Sequence record: SRR20825006_1106
Reading direction: 5' to 3' (one strand)
DNA: 64,000 bases
Under the pieces are notes generated by a model. That model worked only from the letters and a program-made list of their open reading frames with translations. It ran no database searches and was not told the DNA's origin. Position 1 is the stretch's first letter. Each line of letters opens with the position of its first letter. This document shows, piece after piece, positions 1 to 8,816 of this stretch. Made by a program: the position numbers and the translations under genes.

Positions 1-41
1 TGCATTACGCAGCAGAGCTACGTAACGAGGGGAAAGCTTAA
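1..41 (+). CDS. 3' end of an unidentified gene truncated by the window edge (...HYAAELRNEGKA*)
   Basis: Open frame from the window start to TAA at 39-41; too short to assign. Confidence 0.35.
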   Translation, partial: HYAAELRNEGKA

Positions 42-50
42 TAGCCTCCA

Positions 51-99
51 ACTAAAAGCTAATCGCTAAATGCTGATAGCTAAATGCTGATAGCTAAAC
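51..99. repeat. Degenerate heptamer tandem repeat (7 units, consensus GCT(A/G)A(A/T)N)
   Basis: Units read directly: actaaaa gctaatc gctaaat gctgata gctaaat gctgata gctaaac; includes an exact 14-bp duplication at 65-92. Confidence 0.75.
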
Positions 100-181
100 T
101 CCTGTTCATAATATTTTACTATTCCCTATTTAAACAGGGCGTATATTCTTCCATAACTTCACTTTAATAACTTCTTCTTTG

Positions 182-3019
182 ATGAAAAAATATAGCCTAT
201 CCGCACTTTCTGTACTTTTAATTTCTTTTCTAGTTTTATCGTGCTCTTCCCAAAATGGAGACGATTTCTCTGTTAACTATGAAAAAATCACTCTTGATAA
301 TGGCCTAGAAGTCATTTTCCATAAAGACGATTCTGACCCCGTTACAGCTGTTGCACTTACTTTCCATGTAGGTTCTGCCCGAGAAATAGAAGGGAAAACA
401 GGTTTTGCTCACCTTTTTGAGCATTTGCTGTTCTTAGAGTCAGAGAACCTGGGCAAAGGTGGCTTAGACAAAATGAGTAGCCGAATTGGTGGATCTGGTG
501 CTAATGGCTCAACAAGTCGAGATCGTACTAATTATTTTCAAACGGTTCCAAACGATGCCCTTGAAAAGATGATTTGGGCAGAAGCGGATAAACTAGGTTA
601 CTTCATCAATACAGTGACCGAAAACGTTGTTGCAAAAGAGAAACAAGTAGTTAAAAATGAAAAGCGTCAAGGGGTTGATAATGCCCCGTACGGACATGCA
701 AACTACGTAGTTGGTAAGAATTTGTATCCCGAAACACACCCGTACAACTGGCAAGTTATTGGCTCGCTGGAAGATTTACAAAACGCCACGCTTGCTGACG
801 TGAAAGAGTTCTATAACAAATGGTACGTACCTAATAATGCAACCTTAGTAATTGCGGGCGACTTCGATACAGATCAAGCTAAAGAATGGGTTCATAAATA
901 TTTTGATGAGATTCCACGAGGAGAAAAAATCACACCTTTGCCAGTAAATCACGTTCAGGTAGAAGAATCCAAATACCTTTATTACGAAGATAATTTTGCT
1001 CGTCTGCCCGAACTTAGAATGACATGGCCAACAGTAGAGATTTACCACCCAGATTCTTATCCACTTGAAATACTATCTGAGCTATTAGCTTCTGGTAAAA
1101 AAGCACCCTTCAACAAAGTATTGGTTGAAGACAAACAACTCAGCTCCAATGTATATTTCTTTAGTGATAACTCTGAGATTGCCGGAGAGCAAACCCTCCT
1201 CATTCGAGCTTATCCAGGAACTGATTTAGACGATGTTACAGATGCTGTTAACGAAGCATTTGCTAAATTTGAACAAGATGGGTTTAGTAATGCTGATTTA
1301 GATAGAATTAAAGCTGGCTTAGAAACCAGTTTCTACAATGGACTTTCCAGTGTGCTTGGGAAAGCTTTTCAATTGGCGCAGTATAATATTTTTGCTGACA
1401 ATCCTGGCTACATCAACGAAGACATCAAAAAAACACAGGCCGTTACCAAAGCTGACGTGATGCGCGTGTATGAGAAATACATCAAAGGAAAAAACTTCAT
1501 TGCTACCAGTTTTGTACCAATGGGACAAAAAGATTTGATTGTTGAAGGTTCTAGTCTTGCCCAAGTTGAAGAAGAGAAAATTGTACAGGGTGCGGAAGGC
1601 GAAGATTTCGTGCTACCTGCTGAAACCGATTTTGAACGAACAGCTTCAAGCTTTGATAGAACAGTAGAACCTCCTTATGGGAAAAATCCTGATGTGAAAG
1701 TGCCAACGGTGTGGCAAGATAAGCTTGCAAATGGAATGGGCGTTTATGGAATTGAAAACTCTGAACTGCCCCTAGTTCAATTTCGCTTAGAAATTAGTGG
1801 TGGCTTGTTGATGGAAACCTCAAATAAAGTGGGTGTTTCAAATTTATTGGCAGAGCTTTTAACAAAAGGAACAGCGAATAAAACTCCGGAAGAATTAGAA
1901 GAAGCCATCGACGAACTTGGTGCTTCCATCAATATTAATGCAGGACGTGAAAGCATCAATATTACTGGAAACTCATTGGCTAGAAACTATCAAAAAACGC
2001 TGGATTTAGTAGAAGAAATGTTGCTTGAACCTCGCTGGGATGAAACAGAGTTCGATCTAGCCAAGCAAAGCACACTAAGCGAAATCGCACAACAAGGTGC
2101 TAACCCAAATTCAATTGCTACCATTGCGTACAACAAATTACTTTATGGCGAGGACAACATTCTTTCGAACAATACTATTGGTACAACTAACAGTGTTGAG
2201 TCTATCACTATGGCAGATCTGAAGGATTATTACACGAACAAACTATCTCCATCTTTAGCTGATTTCCATGTGGTTGGTTCTATAAGTCAAGCTAAAGTCA
2301 TTCAGTCTCTATCAGATTTAGAAATGAAATGGAAGAATAAGGATGTTACTCTCCCTGAAATATCAGTACCAAACCAAATTGATGAGTCGAAAGTCTATTT
2401 CTATGATGTACCCAATGCTAAGCAATCGGTGCTACGTTTTGGTTACTTAGCCATGCCAGAAACTGATGCTGACTTTTATCCTGCTACCGTAATGAATTAC
2501 ATTCTCGGCGGCGGCGGCTTTGCTTCTCGTTTCACACAAGAACTACGCGAAGGCAAGGGCTATACTTACGGAATAGGTTCGCGATTCTCTGGAAGCAATT
2601 TAGCAGGCCCTTTTACCATTTCGAGTGGTGTGCGAACAAACGTTACGTACGAATCGGCTGCTTTGGTCAAAGATATTCTTTCGGAATACCCAACTACTTT
2701 TACCGACAAAGATCTTGAAACTACCAAAAGCTTTCTTCTAAAAAGCAATGCTCGTAGTTTTGAAACAATGGGTGCGAAGTTAGGAATGCTTCAAAATATC
2801 AGTGATTATGGCTGGGCTCCAGATTATGTTAAAGAACGTGAGCAAATTGTTAAAGACATCACCAAAGAAGAAATTGAAGCGCTCGCAAAAAAATACGCCA
2901 ACCCAAACAAAATGATTTGGCTGGTTGTTGGCGATGCTAAAACGCAGCTGAATCGATTACAACAACTCGGTTTTGGCGAACCTATTTTGATTAATAGTGA
3001 AAATGGAGGCGGGAAGTAA
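182..3019 (+). CDS. M16 (pitrilysin/insulinase-family) zinc peptidase, probable lipoprotein
   Basis: Inverted zinc motif HLFEH (HxxEH), 'GKTGFAH' context, four-domain length; signal peptide with lipobox-like LVLSC. ATG at 182 preferred over TTG at 179. Confidence 0.9.
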   Translation: MKKYSLSALSVLLISFLVLSCSSQNGDDFSVNYEKITLDNGLEVIFHKDDSDPVTAVALTFHVGSAREIEGKTGFAHLFEHLLFLESENLGKGGLDKMSSRIGGSGANGSTSRDRTNYFQTVPNDALEKMIWAEADKLGYFINTVTENVVAKEKQVVKNEKRQGVDNAPYGHANYVVGKNLYPETHPYNWQVIGSLEDLQNATLADVKEFYNKWYVPNNATLVIAGDFDTDQAKEWVHKYFDEIPRGEKITPLPVNHVQVEESKYLYYEDNFARLPELRMTWPTVEIYHPDSYPLEILSELLASGKKAPFNKVLVEDKQLSSNVYFFSDNSEIAGEQTLLIRAYPGTDLDDVTDAVNEAFAKFEQDGFSNADLDRIKAGLETSFYNGLSSVLGKAFQLAQYNIFADNPGYINEDIKKTQAVTKADVMRVYEKYIKGKNFIATSFVPMGQKDLIVEGSSLAQVEEEKIVQGAEGEDFVLPAETDFERTASSFDRTVEPPYGKNPDVKVPTVWQDKLANGMGVYGIENSELPLVQFRLEISGGLLMETSNKVGVSNLLAELLTKGTANKTPEELEEAIDELGASININAGRESINITGNSLARNYQKTLDLVEEMLLEPRWDETEFDLAKQSTLSEIAQQGANPNSIATIAYNKLLYGEDNILSNNTIGTTNSVESITMADLKDYYTNKLSPSLADFHVVGSISQAKVIQSLSDLEMKWKNKDVTLPEISVPNQIDESKVYFYDVPNAKQSVLRFGYLAMPETDADFYPATVMNYILGGGGFASRFTQELREGKGYTYGIGSRFSGSNLAGPFTISSGVRTNVTYESAALVKDILSEYPTTFTDKDLETTKSFLLKSNARSFETMGAKLGMLQNISDYGWAPDYVKEREQIVKDITKEEIEALAKKYANPNKMIWLVVGDAKTQLNRLQQLGFGEPILINSENGGGK

Positions 3020-3133
3020 TAGTATTTGGCAGCAGAACATTCTAAAACTTCTTAGGGATATTTAGGTGAAATATTACTTTCGATTAACGGTTTGATGAAT
3101 GCTCTTGAACTTTGAAACTGTATACTTAGTCTC

Positions 3134-3421
3134 ATGATTCGCACCTCTTTTTTGATATTAATTATCATCGGATGCTCCACATCAGTATTTACTCAATCTC
3201 TTGAAATTGGAGTTTGGAGCGGGTTAGGTACGTACGACTTAAGTTCACTTAGAAAAATTGCAGCTCAAAATATTGACCAAGAATCTTCACCTAGATTAGA
3301 GACACTCGATTCGTACACTATTCATACTAATTTTGGTGTAGAGGTTAGGAAAGTATATACCAACTTTTCTTTAGGCTCATTTTTTAGTGAATGTTTGTCC
3401 CATTCTTTAAACTCTGATTAA
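3134..3421 (+). pseudogene. Short secreted-protein ORF, possibly a truncated outer-membrane beta-barrel gene
   Basis: Signal peptide followed by beta-strand-like segments (LEIGVWSGLGTY, NFGVEVRKV); ends after 95 aa with no barrel C-terminus. Confidence 0.35.
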
Positions 3422-3507
3422 GAATTTTCAAATTTACGTTTCAACTAAAAATTGAAAGAAGATTCTTAGTATCTTCTACAAAACAATTTTAAAATTAACC
3501 GTTTTCC

Positions 3508-5244
3508 ATGACTTCATTAGACCCCTCTGTAAAAAGCAAAATTGATACTTGGTTACAAGGCAATTACGACAAAGATTCAAAACAGACGATTGAGAACCTT
3601 CTCAAAAACGAAGCGTTTGAAGAATTAACCGACGCTTTTTACAAGGATTTGGAATTTGGGACGGGTGGTCTTCGTGGAATTATGGGCGTAGGCTCAAACA
3701 GAGTAAACAAATATACTTTTGGAGTTGCCACTCAAGGCTTGAGTAACTTCTTAAAAAAAACCTACCCAAACACAGAGCTTAAAGTTGCCATTGCGCACGA
3801 TTGTAGAAACAATTCTGATACCCTAGCCAAAGTTGTTGCTGATGTATTTTCTGCAAATGGTATCAAGGTTTATTTTTTTACGGGTCTACGTCCAACTCCT
3901 GAGTTGTCATTTGCAGTTCGCGAGCTTGGTTGCCAAAGTGGCGTTGTGCTAACAGCATCTCATAATCCAAAAGAGTACAATGGTTTTAAAGCTTATGGCG
4001 CTGATGGAGGCCAACTTGTAGCACCATTCGACAAAATGGTAATGGACGAAGTGTTGAGCATCTCCAATATTGATGATGTTAACTTTGACGGAAATGAAGC
4101 TCTTATTGAGAAAATTGGTGAAGAAATTGATAACAAGTTTATTGATGAATTGGTAAAACTGTCAGTTTCTAAAGAAGCCATTAAACGCCAAAAAGATTTG
4201 AGTATCGTATTCTCTCCAATCCATGGTACCGCAAGTGTATTGGTACCACCAGCCCTGGAGAAGTTTGGATTCGAAAACGTAACTTTTGTTGAAGAACAAA
4301 TGGTGGTGGATGGAAACTTCCCAACCGTGGTTTATCCAAACCCAGAAGAACAAGACGCATTGGCAATGGCTATTGCTAAAGCAAAAGAAATTGATGCTGA
4401 ACTTGTAATGGCGACCGATCCTGATGCAGATAGAATCGGAATCGCAGTAAAAGACGATCAAGGGGAATGGATTCTCTTTAATGGTAATATGACCGGCACT
4501 TTGATTATCAACTACATGCTTACTGCTTGGAAGAATGCAGGGAAAATTACTGGTACCGAATACATCGTTAAAACGGTAGTTACATCTTACTTAATAGACC
4601 GAATTGCAAAAGACTTTGGCGTTGAGTGTTTCAATACGCTAACTGGCTTTAAGTATATCGGTGAGTTAATGACCCAGCTTGAAGGCAAAAAGAAATTTAT
4701 TGCCGGTGGAGAAGAAAGTTATGGCTATTTAATTGGTGATCACGTTCGTGATAAAGACGCAATCGTGTCGGCTGTAATTATTGCAGAAATGGCTGCTTAC
4801 TATAAAGACCAGGGAAGTAGTTTATATCAAACTTTACTCGAAACCTATGTGAACTACGGTCTGTTTAGAGAGAAATTAATTTCCGTTACCAAAAAAGGAA
4901 AAGCCGGTGCCGAAGAAATTCAGCAAATGATGAAAGATTTCAGAGCTACTCCTCCTGCTACACTTGGCGGTTCTAAAGTAGTAACCGTTAAAGACTACCA
5001 AAGCCAAGAAGAAACAAATCTAGTTACGTGTGAAAAAACAGCTATTGACCTTCCTACCTCCAATGTGCTCCAGTTTATTACAGAAAACGGAGACATTGTA
5101 TCAGCTAGACCTTCAGGAACTGAGCCAAAGATTAAATTCTATTGCAGTGTGAACGATCATATCGCCACCACTGATGAGTATGAATTTGTGGCATCTAAAT
5201 TAGATAAATACATAGATGCTATCATGAAAGATTTGGTAGGTTAA
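3508..5244 (+). CDS. pgm: Phosphoglucomutase/phosphomannomutase
   Basis: FGTGGLRG, catalytic TASHNP, metal loop DPDADR, GEESYG and RPSGTEPKIK motifs. Confidence 0.93.
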   Translation: MTSLDPSVKSKIDTWLQGNYDKDSKQTIENLLKNEAFEELTDAFYKDLEFGTGGLRGIMGVGSNRVNKYTFGVATQGLSNFLKKTYPNTELKVAIAHDCRNNSDTLAKVVADVFSANGIKVYFFTGLRPTPELSFAVRELGCQSGVVLTASHNPKEYNGFKAYGADGGQLVAPFDKMVMDEVLSISNIDDVNFDGNEALIEKIGEEIDNKFIDELVKLSVSKEAIKRQKDLSIVFSPIHGTASVLVPPALEKFGFENVTFVEEQMVVDGNFPTVVYPNPEEQDALAMAIAKAKEIDAELVMATDPDADRIGIAVKDDQGEWILFNGNMTGTLIINYMLTAWKNAGKITGTEYIVKTVVTSYLIDRIAKDFGVECFNTLTGFKYIGELMTQLEGKKKFIAGGEESYGYLIGDHVRDKDAIVSAVIIAEMAAYYKDQGSSLYQTLLETYVNYGLFREKLISVTKKGKAGAEEIQQMMKDFRATPPATLGGSKVVTVKDYQSQEETNLVTCEKTAIDLPTSNVLQFITENGDIVSARPSGTEPKIKFYCSVNDHIATTDEYEFVASKLDKYIDAIMKDLVG

Positions 5245-5252
5245 TTATAAAG

Positions 5253-5282
5253 AAAAGCCTCAGAGTTCATCTGAGGCTTTTT
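5253..5282. terminator. Bidirectional intrinsic terminator between convergent genes
   Basis: aaaagcctcaga-gttca-tctgaggctttt hairpin with flanking A and T tracts. Confidence 0.8.
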
Positions 5283-5307
5283 AAGTCAAGTAACATTTAA
5301 CAGTTTC

Positions 5308-6531
5308 TTATTTATTTGAAATAGGTATACATATTTTGAAAACTGTGCCCTTGCCTTCAGTAGATGCTATATCCATCCTTCCTTTTAGAGATTCCACTAG
5401 GTGATGAACTAACTTTAGCCCGAAACCATAACCGCTCTCTCCTGCCGTACCACTTGTTGTATCGCAATCACCCTTCATTATTTCTGATATTTGTTGTTGA
5501 GTCATTCCAATACCAGTATCCTGAATTAAAAAAGTAAGTTCTTTATTAATATCATTTATACTGAGTGATATTTTGGTTTTAACATCCCCTCCAGAAGAAG
5601 TGAATTTAATCGCATTCGAGATGATATTTCCAACAATCTGAGTGATTTTATTCTTTGGAAACGGAATCTTCTCGTTCTTGTTATCATTTAAAATTTCTAG
5701 ATTTACCCCTTTCATAACCGCTTGAGGAGCATATAATTTTACTAGCTTTTCTTTCAGTGTAACTAAGTTAAATTCATTTGAACTTAATGGCTCAGATGAA
5801 TATTCATTTGCTGATAATATCGTATCTGCAAGGTCAAGAATAGATTCTCCACCTTGCTTAATTAGGTCTAGTAGTTCGAGTATATCGTCTACCTTATTCT
5901 CATTTATTTGATCTTTTATTATCTGAGAAAGGCCAATAATTCCACTCAAAGGACCTCTAATATCGTGGCTAACTTTTTTACTAGTTTCACTCATCTCATC
6001 CACTTGATGTTTCAAGTCTTCTATAACTTTCATTGAATGAATTCGGGAAACAATCTCACTTGCAATAATTTTAAGAAGTTCTACTTTTTCTGGTGTAAGG
6101 CTTTTCTCATGTGTATCAACTACACACAATGATCCTAAATTATTACCGTCTTCGCTTTTAAGAGGGATACCATAATAATACCTGAGGTTTGGGCCATGAG
6201 TTACATAACCTTTGTCACAAAATCTAGAATCGGATCTAAGATCTTTCACTTCCATTGGTTCATCGTTCAAAATCGTATAATTGCAAACAGATTCCTCTCG
6301 GGGTATTTGCATTACAGCTAATCCGTGGTGTGAAATTGTCCACTGCGTAAATGAATCAATTAGATTAACCAACGACATTTCTGTGCCAGCAACTTTTGCT
6401 GCTAAGCGGCTCAAGTCTTGGAATTCTTTGTCTAATTCAGTGTAATCTAAATCTAAGTTGGAAAGCTCTAGTGTTCTCTCAAATTCATTTACAGGAAGTG
6501 TAGAAACAGTAGGTGCATTTGTTTTATTCAT
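5308..6531 (-). CDS. GAF-domain sensor histidine kinase (soluble; no adjacent response regulator)
   Basis: GAF segment (RYYYGIPL...LGSLCVVD), H-box SHDIRGPL, N-box NIISNAIKF, G boxes DTGIGM and GFGL. Confidence 0.9.
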   Translation of the reverse strand: MNKTNAPTVSTLPVNEFERTLELSNLDLDYTELDKEFQDLSRLAAKVAGTEMSLVNLIDSFTQWTISHHGLAVMQIPREESVCNYTILNDEPMEVKDLRSDSRFCDKGYVTHGPNLRYYYGIPLKSEDGNNLGSLCVVDTHEKSLTPEKVELLKIIASEIVSRIHSMKVIEDLKHQVDEMSETSKKVSHDIRGPLSGIIGLSQIIKDQINENKVDDILELLDLIKQGGESILDLADTILSANEYSSEPLSSNEFNLVTLKEKLVKLYAPQAVMKGVNLEILNDNKNEKIPFPKNKITQIVGNIISNAIKFTSSGGDVKTKISLSINDINKELTFLIQDTGIGMTQQQISEIMKGDCDTTSGTAGESGYGFGLKLVHHLVESLKGRMDIASTEGKGTVFKICIPISNK

Positions 6532-6649
6532 AAAGTCCTTTTGGTTATACCTAATTTAAACCCACTTTTCTTATCGGCTAAAACTAGGATTTATTAACAC
6601 AAAATTTAGCTACACAACTACTCAGGATGGTTATATGGCTTATTTATAT

Positions 6650-7774
6650 TTAGATAAGTTCAAATATTTTCCCAACTTTTTGCCGAACTATTCCCGCCAT
6701 TTCAAGTTGTAAAAGAGTTACAAGTAAATTGCTAGTATTCGTTTCCAAGGCCTCGGCTAAATCGTCAATTTGAAACGACTCTTCTTCCAACTTCTCACAT
6801 AGAGAAAGGCTTAAATCATCTAAATCTAGTTCTCTCCACTTCTGCTTTTCTGGCCATTCTATTTTCTTCTCTTCCGTCTTATCGTTGTATAGAACTGGCA
6901 GTTCAACTACAATATCGTCTAGTACCTGAACGAGTTTTGCAGCTCCTTTTTTAATTAGATAATTACCTCCACTTCCTGAAAGATTATCCAAATTATGAGG
7001 TATGGCAAAAATTTCTCGATTTTGATCAAGCCCGAGCTCTGCCGTTATCATGCTGCCTCCTTGCATTCCAGACTCAATCACTAAAACTCCTAAGCTCATT
7101 CCGCTTACAATTCTATTTCTGATAGGGAAGTTTCCAGCATCAGGCTTGCTTCCTAAAGGGAACTCTGAAATCACTGCTCCACCAGAATGCACAATGTCTT
7201 TAGCTAGCTTGAGGTGTTTCTGGGGATAGATATTATCAATTCCTGAGCCAAGAACAGCTACTGTTGAGCCGTTAGCATCAAGCGCTGCACGATGAGCAAT
7301 TGCATCAATCCCATATGCTAGTCCACTTACGATACAAAATCCATTCTCAGCGAGTTCGCCTGCCAATTGAGCTGCTTTCTTCTTGCCATACATTGAAGGG
7401 TTCCGGGTACCAATAATAGCAATGCCTGGTTTTTCAAAAACCTCAGGGTCTCCTTTCAACCAAAACAAAGATGGTGGGTCGTAAATCTGCTTTAGTAACT
7501 CTGGATAAACTGAATCAGAAATGGTAACTAAACTCGCTCCAATCCTCTCAGTGTCAGAGATAATCGAGTCAACTCGTTCCCAATCTTTAAAAGATAAAAT
7601 GGCTAAAGCTGAAGCCTCGCCAACTCCTTCAAAACTACGTAATTTAGATTTACTTAGGTTGAAAAAATTAGCAATGGTTTCTTGAGAACGGGCGAACTCT
7701 CGAATCTTCCGGGCTCCAAAGCCAGGTATTAAACTTAATGCTATTAGATTTCTAAGTATCGATTTCTTTTGCAT
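6650..7774 (-). CDS. dprA: DNA-processing protein DprA (Smf)
   Basis: IAIIGTR, IVSGLAYGIDAIAH, FPIRNRIVSG motifs; N-terminal SAM-like and C-terminal winged-helix-like regions. Confidence 0.93.
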   Translation of the reverse strand: MQKKSILRNLIALSLIPGFGARKIREFARSQETIANFFNLSKSKLRSFEGVGEASALAILSFKDWERVDSIISDTERIGASLVTISDSVYPELLKQIYDPPSLFWLKGDPEVFEKPGIAIIGTRNPSMYGKKKAAQLAGELAENGFCIVSGLAYGIDAIAHRAALDANGSTVAVLGSGIDNIYPQKHLKLAKDIVHSGGAVISEFPLGSKPDAGNFPIRNRIVSGMSLGVLVIESGMQGGSMITAELGLDQNREIFAIPHNLDNLSGSGGNYLIKKGAAKLVQVLDDIVVELPVLYNDKTEEKKIEWPEKQKWRELDLDDLSLSLCEKLEEESFQIDDLAEALETNTSNLLVTLLQLEMAGIVRQKVGKIFELI

Positions 7775-8747
7775 GTTGAATCTTTTCCCATAAAACTTCT
7801 CTCAACTCTTCCACACCAAATCCTGTGGCTGATGAAATAGGAATAACGGGAATTTCATCATCAAAATGAAATTCTTTATCTAACTTAAACCCCTGTTTTA
7901 AATCCATCTTAGTTATAGCTAGGACTCTGGGCTTATCCAATAAATCTTTTCGATACACTTTTAATTCTTTTACAAGTGCATTGTATTCGTACTCAACATC
8001 AGTGTCGGCACTTACCATAAACAGCAGTACATTATTACGTTCAATATGGCGTAAAAACTGAATCCCAAGACCTTTTCCTTGATGAGCTTCTTCAATAATT
8101 CCAGGAATATCAGCCATCACAAAGCTACGATAATCAGAGAATTTAACTACTCCTAAATTCGGCTCTAATGTAGTAAAAGGATAATCTGCAATTTTTGGTC
8201 TAGCTTGAGAAAGTGTAGAAAGTAGGGTGCTTTTTCCTGCATTAGGGAAACCTACAAGTCCAACATCAGCGAGTAGTTTTAGTTCTAGCTCTACAATACG
8301 TTCTTCACCAATTTCACCTGTTTGAGCAAATGATGGAGTTTGGTTCACTGAACTTTTGAAATGCCAGTTTCCGAGTCCCCCGCGTCCACCCTTAGCAATA
8401 ACTAAAGTTTGTCCATCCTCTGTAATTTCACCGATTCTCTCTCTTGTTTCGGCATCGTATGCAACGGTACCAAGTGGTACAGTAAGCGTCACTGATTCTC
8501 CAGTTTTACCAGAAGAACGACTACTAGAGCCATTAGCACCAGGTTTTGCTTTTATATATTTCTTATACCGAAGATCTAAAATTGTGTTTAACTGAGCATT
8601 TCCTTTTAGGACAATACTTCCCCCAGCACCACCATCACCTCCGTCAGGTCCACCTTTTGGCACATACTTTTCTCTACGGAGATGAGCTGAACCATCTCCC
8701 CCTTTTCCTGCTGTAATATAAATCTTGGCGTAATCTGCGAAGCGCAC
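7752..8747 (-). CDS. obgE: GTPase ObgE/CgtA
   Basis: Gly-rich Obg fold (RREKYVPKGGPDGGDGG), G1 GFPNAGKS, G2 YPFTT, G3 DIPG, G4 TKMD. Confidence 0.97.
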   Translation of the reverse strand: MRFADYAKIYITAGKGGDGSAHLRREKYVPKGGPDGGDGGAGGSIVLKGNAQLNTILDLRYKKYIKAKPGANGSSSRSSGKTGESVTLTVPLGTVAYDAETRERIGEITEDGQTLVIAKGGRGGLGNWHFKSSVNQTPSFAQTGEIGEERIVELELKLLADVGLVGFPNAGKSTLLSTLSQARPKIADYPFTTLEPNLGVVKFSDYRSFVMADIPGIIEEAHQGKGLGIQFLRHIERNNVLLFMVSADTDVEYEYNALVKELKVYRKDLLDKPRVLAITKMDLKQGFKLDKEFHFDDEIPVIPISSATGFGVEELREVLWEKIQHAKEIDT

Positions 8748-8816
8748 TATGCTAGCCTTTCTAAATTGTTGAACTATTTCTAAACAACTAATTTAAGACT
8801 TTTTAAACTCTAGTTG

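Noticed and set aside
51-99. Repeat considered as a CRISPR remnant
   Set aside because: 7-bp period without spacers and no cas genes.
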